Below are positions 60,753 to 64,000 of a stretch of DNA of 64,000 nucleotides, piece by piece. This DNA comes from Candidatus Staskawiczbacteria bacterium (GTDB lineage Bacteria; Patescibacteriota; Minisyncoccia; Minisyncoccales; Staskawiczbacteraceae), in contig JBAZUH010000001.1 in NCBI GenBank assembly GCA_041661545.1, positions 19,408 to 83,407 on the forward strand. The letters are read 5' to 3'. The notes under the pieces are model-generated. The model was not told the origin of the DNA and did not search any database. It saw only the letters and a program-made list of their open reading frames with translations. Both the position numbers and the translations under genes were made by a program. Numbering within the stretch: position 1 is the first letter of the stretch; the number at the start of each line of letters is the position of its first letter.

Positions 60753-61844
60753 ATGGATTATTACGAGCTCCTTGGGGTGCAGAAAACTGCATCTGAGGAT
60801 GAAATAAAAAAAGCATTTCACAAATTAGCCCACAAATACCACCCAGATAAAGGCGGAGATGAAAAAAAATTTAAAGAGATAAACGAAGCTTATCAAGTGC
60901 TTTCTGATAAACAAAAAAGAGCTCAATATGACCAATATGGCAGAGTTTTTGAAGGAGGCGGAGATGCAGGACAAGGATTTAACTGGGCTTGGGGAAATGG
61001 AGCTCAAGGAGAGGGTGCCGAATTTGATATGGGAGATATTGGAGATGTTTTTGAAGAATTTTTTGGCGCAGGAGCATTTGGTGGTGGAAGAAGGGCCACA
61101 AAAAAAGATGCTAGAAAAGGAAAAGATATTCAAATTGATATAGAGATAAATTTAGAAAGAACATTAAAAGATTCTATTGAAAAAATAAATTTAGCAAAAC
61201 AAGTTGTTTGTAACAGATGCCAAGGAGTAGGGGCTGAGCCAGATACAAAAGTAAAAGAATGTTTTTCTTGTAGGGGCGTAGGTCAAGTGCAACAAGTTAG
61301 AAAAACAATGTTTGGATCTTTTACTTCTTTAGGTGTTTGTCCAGAATGCAAAGGCGAAGGAACAATTCCTGAAAAGCCATGTAATGTTTGCAAAGGCGAG
61401 GGAAGAACAAAAGGCCAAGAAACAATTGATGTAAATATTCCAGCAGGCATTGATACAAATCAAGCTATAAGGGTTGATGGAAAAGGAGAGGCCGGAAGAA
61501 AAGGAGCAAAAGCAGGCAATTTATTTATAAGAATATTTATAAAAAAACATTCAGTATTTGAAAGAAGGGGAGATGATTTGTTTGCTTTTGTAGATATTAA
61601 TTTTTCCCAAGCAGCTTTGGGTGATAAAATAGAAATTAAATCTTTAGAAGGAACAAATATTTTATTAGAAGTGCCTCAGGGAACTGAAACAGGAAAAATT
61701 TTAAGAATTTCCGGAAAAGGCGTTCCGCATTTTGGAGGTTATGGCAGGGGTAATTTATATGTTGAATTTAAGATTAAAACGCCAAAAAAATTATCAAGAG
61801 AACAGAAAAAGCTTTTAGATGAGTTGAAAAAGCAAGGATTATAG
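60753..61844 (+). CDS. dnaJ: molecular chaperone DnaJ
   Basis: J domain MDYYELLGV...HPDK, G/F-rich region, four CxxCxGxG zinc-finger repeats. Confidence 0.95.
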   Translation: MDYYELLGVQKTASEDEIKKAFHKLAHKYHPDKGGDEKKFKEINEAYQVLSDKQKRAQYDQYGRVFEGGGDAGQGFNWAWGNGAQGEGAEFDMGDIGDVFEEFFGAGAFGGGRRATKKDARKGKDIQIDIEINLERTLKDSIEKINLAKQVVCNRCQGVGAEPDTKVKECFSCRGVGQVQQVRKTMFGSFTSLGVCPECKGEGTIPEKPCNVCKGEGRTKGQETIDVNIPAGIDTNQAIRVDGKGEAGRKGAKAGNLFIRIFIKKHSVFERRGDDLFAFVDINFSQAALGDKIEIKSLEGTNILLEVPQGTETGKILRISGKGVPHFGGYGRGNLYVEFKIKTPKKLSREQKKLLDELKKQGL

Positions 61845-61871
61845 TTTTTTGTAAATCCCATAATTTAGCAT

Positions 61872-61943
61872 GCTCCCGTAGCTCAATGGTAGAGCAGTAG
61901 CCTTTTAAGCTATTGGTTCCGCGTTCGAGTCGCGGCGGGAGCA
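61872..61943 (+). tRNA. tRNA-Lys (anticodon TTT)
   Basis: GCTCCCG acceptor, D arm GCTC-AATGGTA-GAGC, anticodon loop CTTTTAA, T arm CCGCG-TTCGAGT-CGCGG. Confidence 0.85.
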
Positions 61944-62194
61944 CACTAAATTATGGGATTTTTTTTGTAATAAAAAGACCGCTTTTACGGCGGTTTTATT
62001 ATATGACTAATCTGGGCAGTCTTGACTTTTGTATTATAAGTTGTAAAAAGTGCTTATATGGCCAATTTAATGGTTGAGCTGGTTATTTGGGCCAGACTAT
62101 TGACATCTTTTATCTAATATGGTAGGGTTATTCATTATTAGGCTTTTACCTATTTAAAGCCCATTTATTCAATAATAATATAAATAGAAAAATT

Positions 62195-63823
62195 ATGAAC
62201 ATAATAAATAAATTAGTTATTGGAACAGTCTTTTTATCAATGACTTTTGTAGCATTGTACTCAGCACCTACAATGGTTTTAGCTTGTAACTCTCAATATT
62301 ATTTGGGATGTTATAATGACAGCGTCTATTGGTTTGACGAATGTAACCTAAAGGTAGAATTTGTTGAACAATGTTACTCAGATGAAGTTTGTAGCAATGG
62401 ACAATGCGTTCTTGTAGATATAGATTGTTATGATAATGAAGAATGTGGAACCGATGGAATTGTTGGAAACCCATTCTGCCAAGGTAATGCAGTTTATAAA
62501 AACTATAAAACATATACTTGTAATAATGCTGGCACAACATCTAGTTATTGTACTAATGCCACAACAGCTCAGTTGCAAAATACATGCACAACTAATCAAA
62601 CATGTACTGGTGGAAGCTGTACAAATGTAAATATAAATTGTTATACAAACTCAGAGTGTGGAACCAACGGTTTTGTTGGTGATCCATTCTGCCAAGGCAA
62701 CTCAGTTTACAGAAATTACAAAACATATACCTGTAACAACCCAGGAACATCTTCAAGCTCATGTACAAATTCAACTGTAGCTCAATTACAAAGTACTTGT
62801 TTAGCAAACCAAACATGTACTAACGGAAGCTGTACAAGCAATTGTACTGCAAATTATGAACAAAGATGTGTAGGCACCAGTTTATATTGGTTTAATTCAT
62901 GCGGAGTTCAAGGAAGTTATATTGGAACTTGCGGAAATAACTGTACTCCAAACTATCAGCAAAGATGTGTAGGAACAAGCATGTACTGGTTTGATTCTTG
63001 CGGAGTTCAAGGCAGTTATATTGGAACTTGCGGAAATAACTGTACTCCAAACTATCAGCAAAGATGTGTAGGAACAAGCATGTACTGGTTTGATTCTTGC
63101 GGAGTTCAAGGCAGTTATATTGGAACTTGTGGGCAAACAAACAGCACCTTAACTGTAACTAAAACAGTTAAAAATCTTACAACTAATACATCATTTGTAA
63201 ATTCTGTATATGCTAATCCATCGGATGTGTTGATGTTTATGATAACTTTGCAAAACAATGGAAATCAAGATTCTCAAAATGTAGTTGTTAGAGACAGCCT
63301 TCCATCAAATCTTATTTATAGCAATCAATTAGTTATTGCTAGATCAAATAATGCCTCTAATAGTTATTCTGGAGATATTATGTCTAGCTTAAACTTAAAC
63401 ACAATTCTTGCTGGTCAAACTGTAACTGTAACATATCAGGTTCAAGTAGCAGGAGCTGCAAACTTTGTTTATGGAACTACAACCTTAAATAATTTAGTTA
63501 ATACAACAAGTTCTAATACAAGTTATATTCCTACAGCCAGCGCCTCGGTTATTGTTACAAGATCTGGCGTAGCAGGAGCTTCAACTGTTGCAACTGGTTT
63601 AACTAATAACTTTTGGGTAGACTCATTTCTATTGCCTTTATTGCTAACTTTAATTGGTCTTTGGATGTGGAGAGCTGGAATGTTTATTAGAATCGAAAAA
63701 TGGCTTGATAGCAGAAGAAAAAATAGAAGGGGTTATAAAGCAGAAAAAGAATTATCAAATAGAATTGCTAAAATTTCTGGAGTTCAAAATAATAAAGAAT
63801 CAGAAGAATCAATTTGGCAATAA
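62195..63823 (+). CDS. secreted Cys-rich repeat protein with C-terminal TM anchor; contains a 99-bp coding tandem repeat
   Basis: signal peptide; two diverged ~72-aa Cys modules; 33-aa module CGNNCTPNYQQRCVGTSMYWFDSCGVQGSYIGT present three times; C-terminal hydrophobic helix then basic tail. Confidence 0.65.
   Translation: MNIINKLVIGTVFLSMTFVALYSAPTMVLACNSQYYLGCYNDSVYWFDECNLKVEFVEQCYSDEVCSNGQCVLVDIDCYDNEECGTDGIVGNPFCQGNAVYKNYKTYTCNNAGTTSSYCTNATTAQLQNTCTTNQTCTGGSCTNVNINCYTNSECGTNGFVGDPFCQGNSVYRNYKTYTCNNPGTSSSSCTNSTVAQLQSTCLANQTCTNGSCTSNCTANYEQRCVGTSLYWFNSCGVQGSYIGTCGNNCTPNYQQRCVGTSMYWFDSCGVQGSYIGTCGNNCTPNYQQRCVGTSMYWFDSCGVQGSYIGTCGQTNSTLTVTKTVKNLTTNTSFVNSVYANPSDVLMFMITLQNNGNQDSQNVVVRDSLPSNLIYSNQLVIARSNNASNSYSGDIMSSLNLNTILAGQTVTVTYQVQVAGAANFVYGTTTLNNLVNTTSSNTSYIPTASASVIVTRSGVAGASTVATGLTNNFWVDSFLLPLLLTLIGLWMWRAGMFIRIEKWLDSRRKNRRGYKAEKELSNRIAKISGVQNNKESEESIWQ
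62831..63127 (+). repeat. 99-bp tandem repeat, 3 copies (one diverged, two perfect: 62930-63028 and 63029-63127) within the CDS
   Basis: identical units read directly. Confidence 0.85.
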
Positions 63824-63832
63824 ATTTAAATC

Positions 63833-63860
63833 AAAAAGTCGTTGAAACAACGACTTTTTG
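63833..63860 (+). terminator. rho-independent terminator (AAAAAGTCGTTG-AAA-CAACGACTTTTTG)
   Basis: perfect stem plus T-run. Confidence 0.7.
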
Positions 63861-63876
63861 CATGTAGAATTAATAT

Positions 63877-64000
63877 ATGACACACGAAGAATTTGAAAAA
63901 TTAGTTGGTGAGGGCATAAGCTCTATTGGAGAGAAGTTTTTAGCTAGATTAAAAAATGTAGATGTGGTTATAGAAGATGACCCCACGCCAGCTCAAATAG
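63877..64000 (+). CDS. partial CDS at window edge, possibly a DUF1025 / minimal Zn-metallopeptidase family protein
   Basis: N-terminus MTHEEFEKLVGEGISSIGEKFLARLKNVDVVIEDDP resembles that family (from memory); truncated. Confidence 0.3.
   Translation, partial: MTHEEFEKLVGEGISSIGEKFLARLKNVDVVIEDDPTPAQI

Noticed and set aside
62268-63140. Minus-strand and alternative-frame ORFs over the Cys-rich repeat gene (including two nearly identical 79-82 aa minus ORFs)
   Set aside because: They mirror the 99-bp tandem repeat of the plus-strand gene, which has a signal peptide, conserved Cys spacing and a TM anchor; the antisense frames are repeat artefacts
1-64000. CRISPR arrays, rRNA genes, IS elements with terminal inverted repeats
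   Set aside because: No short regularly spaced direct repeats, no rRNA-like conserved stretches and no transposase ORFs were seen anywhere in the window

Overview
This is an AT-rich window (about 30% GC by eye) with dense, mostly plus-strand genes, short or overlapping intergenic spacers and many small membrane or secreted proteins. That pattern fits a reduced-genome bacterium of the Patescibacteria/CPR type, though the taxonomic guess is inference only. Recognisable housekeeping genes include murJ, lepA (EF4), rsgA, malic enzyme, an hrcA-grpE-dnaK-dnaJ heat-shock locus (which has a GNAT cassette inserted, each GNAT gene preceded by a repeated palindrome), a MacAB-like exporter, a Zur/ZupT pair, an ECF sigma factor with a putative anti-sigma partner, a P-type ATPase, an ABC-F protein, a UvrD-type helicase-nuclease plus a Cas4-like nuclease, an LtaS-like sulfatase, and three tRNAs (Met-CAT, Asp-GTC, Lys-TTT). 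The clearest accessory region lies at about 8.0-18.7 kb. It contains a candidate tmRNA, two small homing-endonuclease-like genes (one LAGLIDADG-like, one GIY-YIG), the tRNA-Met/tRNA-Asp pair, a large serine recombinase whose 3' end overlaps tRNA-Asp, a minus-strand operon of five small genes of which only the SpoVG-like one is recognisable, and then a two-gene cassette (an 838-aa multi-pass membrane protein and a roughly 350-aa soluble protein) with no recognisable domains. That cassette is my best candidate for an undescribed system. Several discrete GC-rich segments stand out against the AT-rich background. Three are noncoding and visibly structured (6060-6446, 31900-32400 and the dnaK-dnaJ spacer), and one is a roughly 52% GC purH gene that looks horizontally acquired. 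No CRISPR array and no rRNA were seen. All protein calls come from reading motifs by eye and should be confirmed by search.
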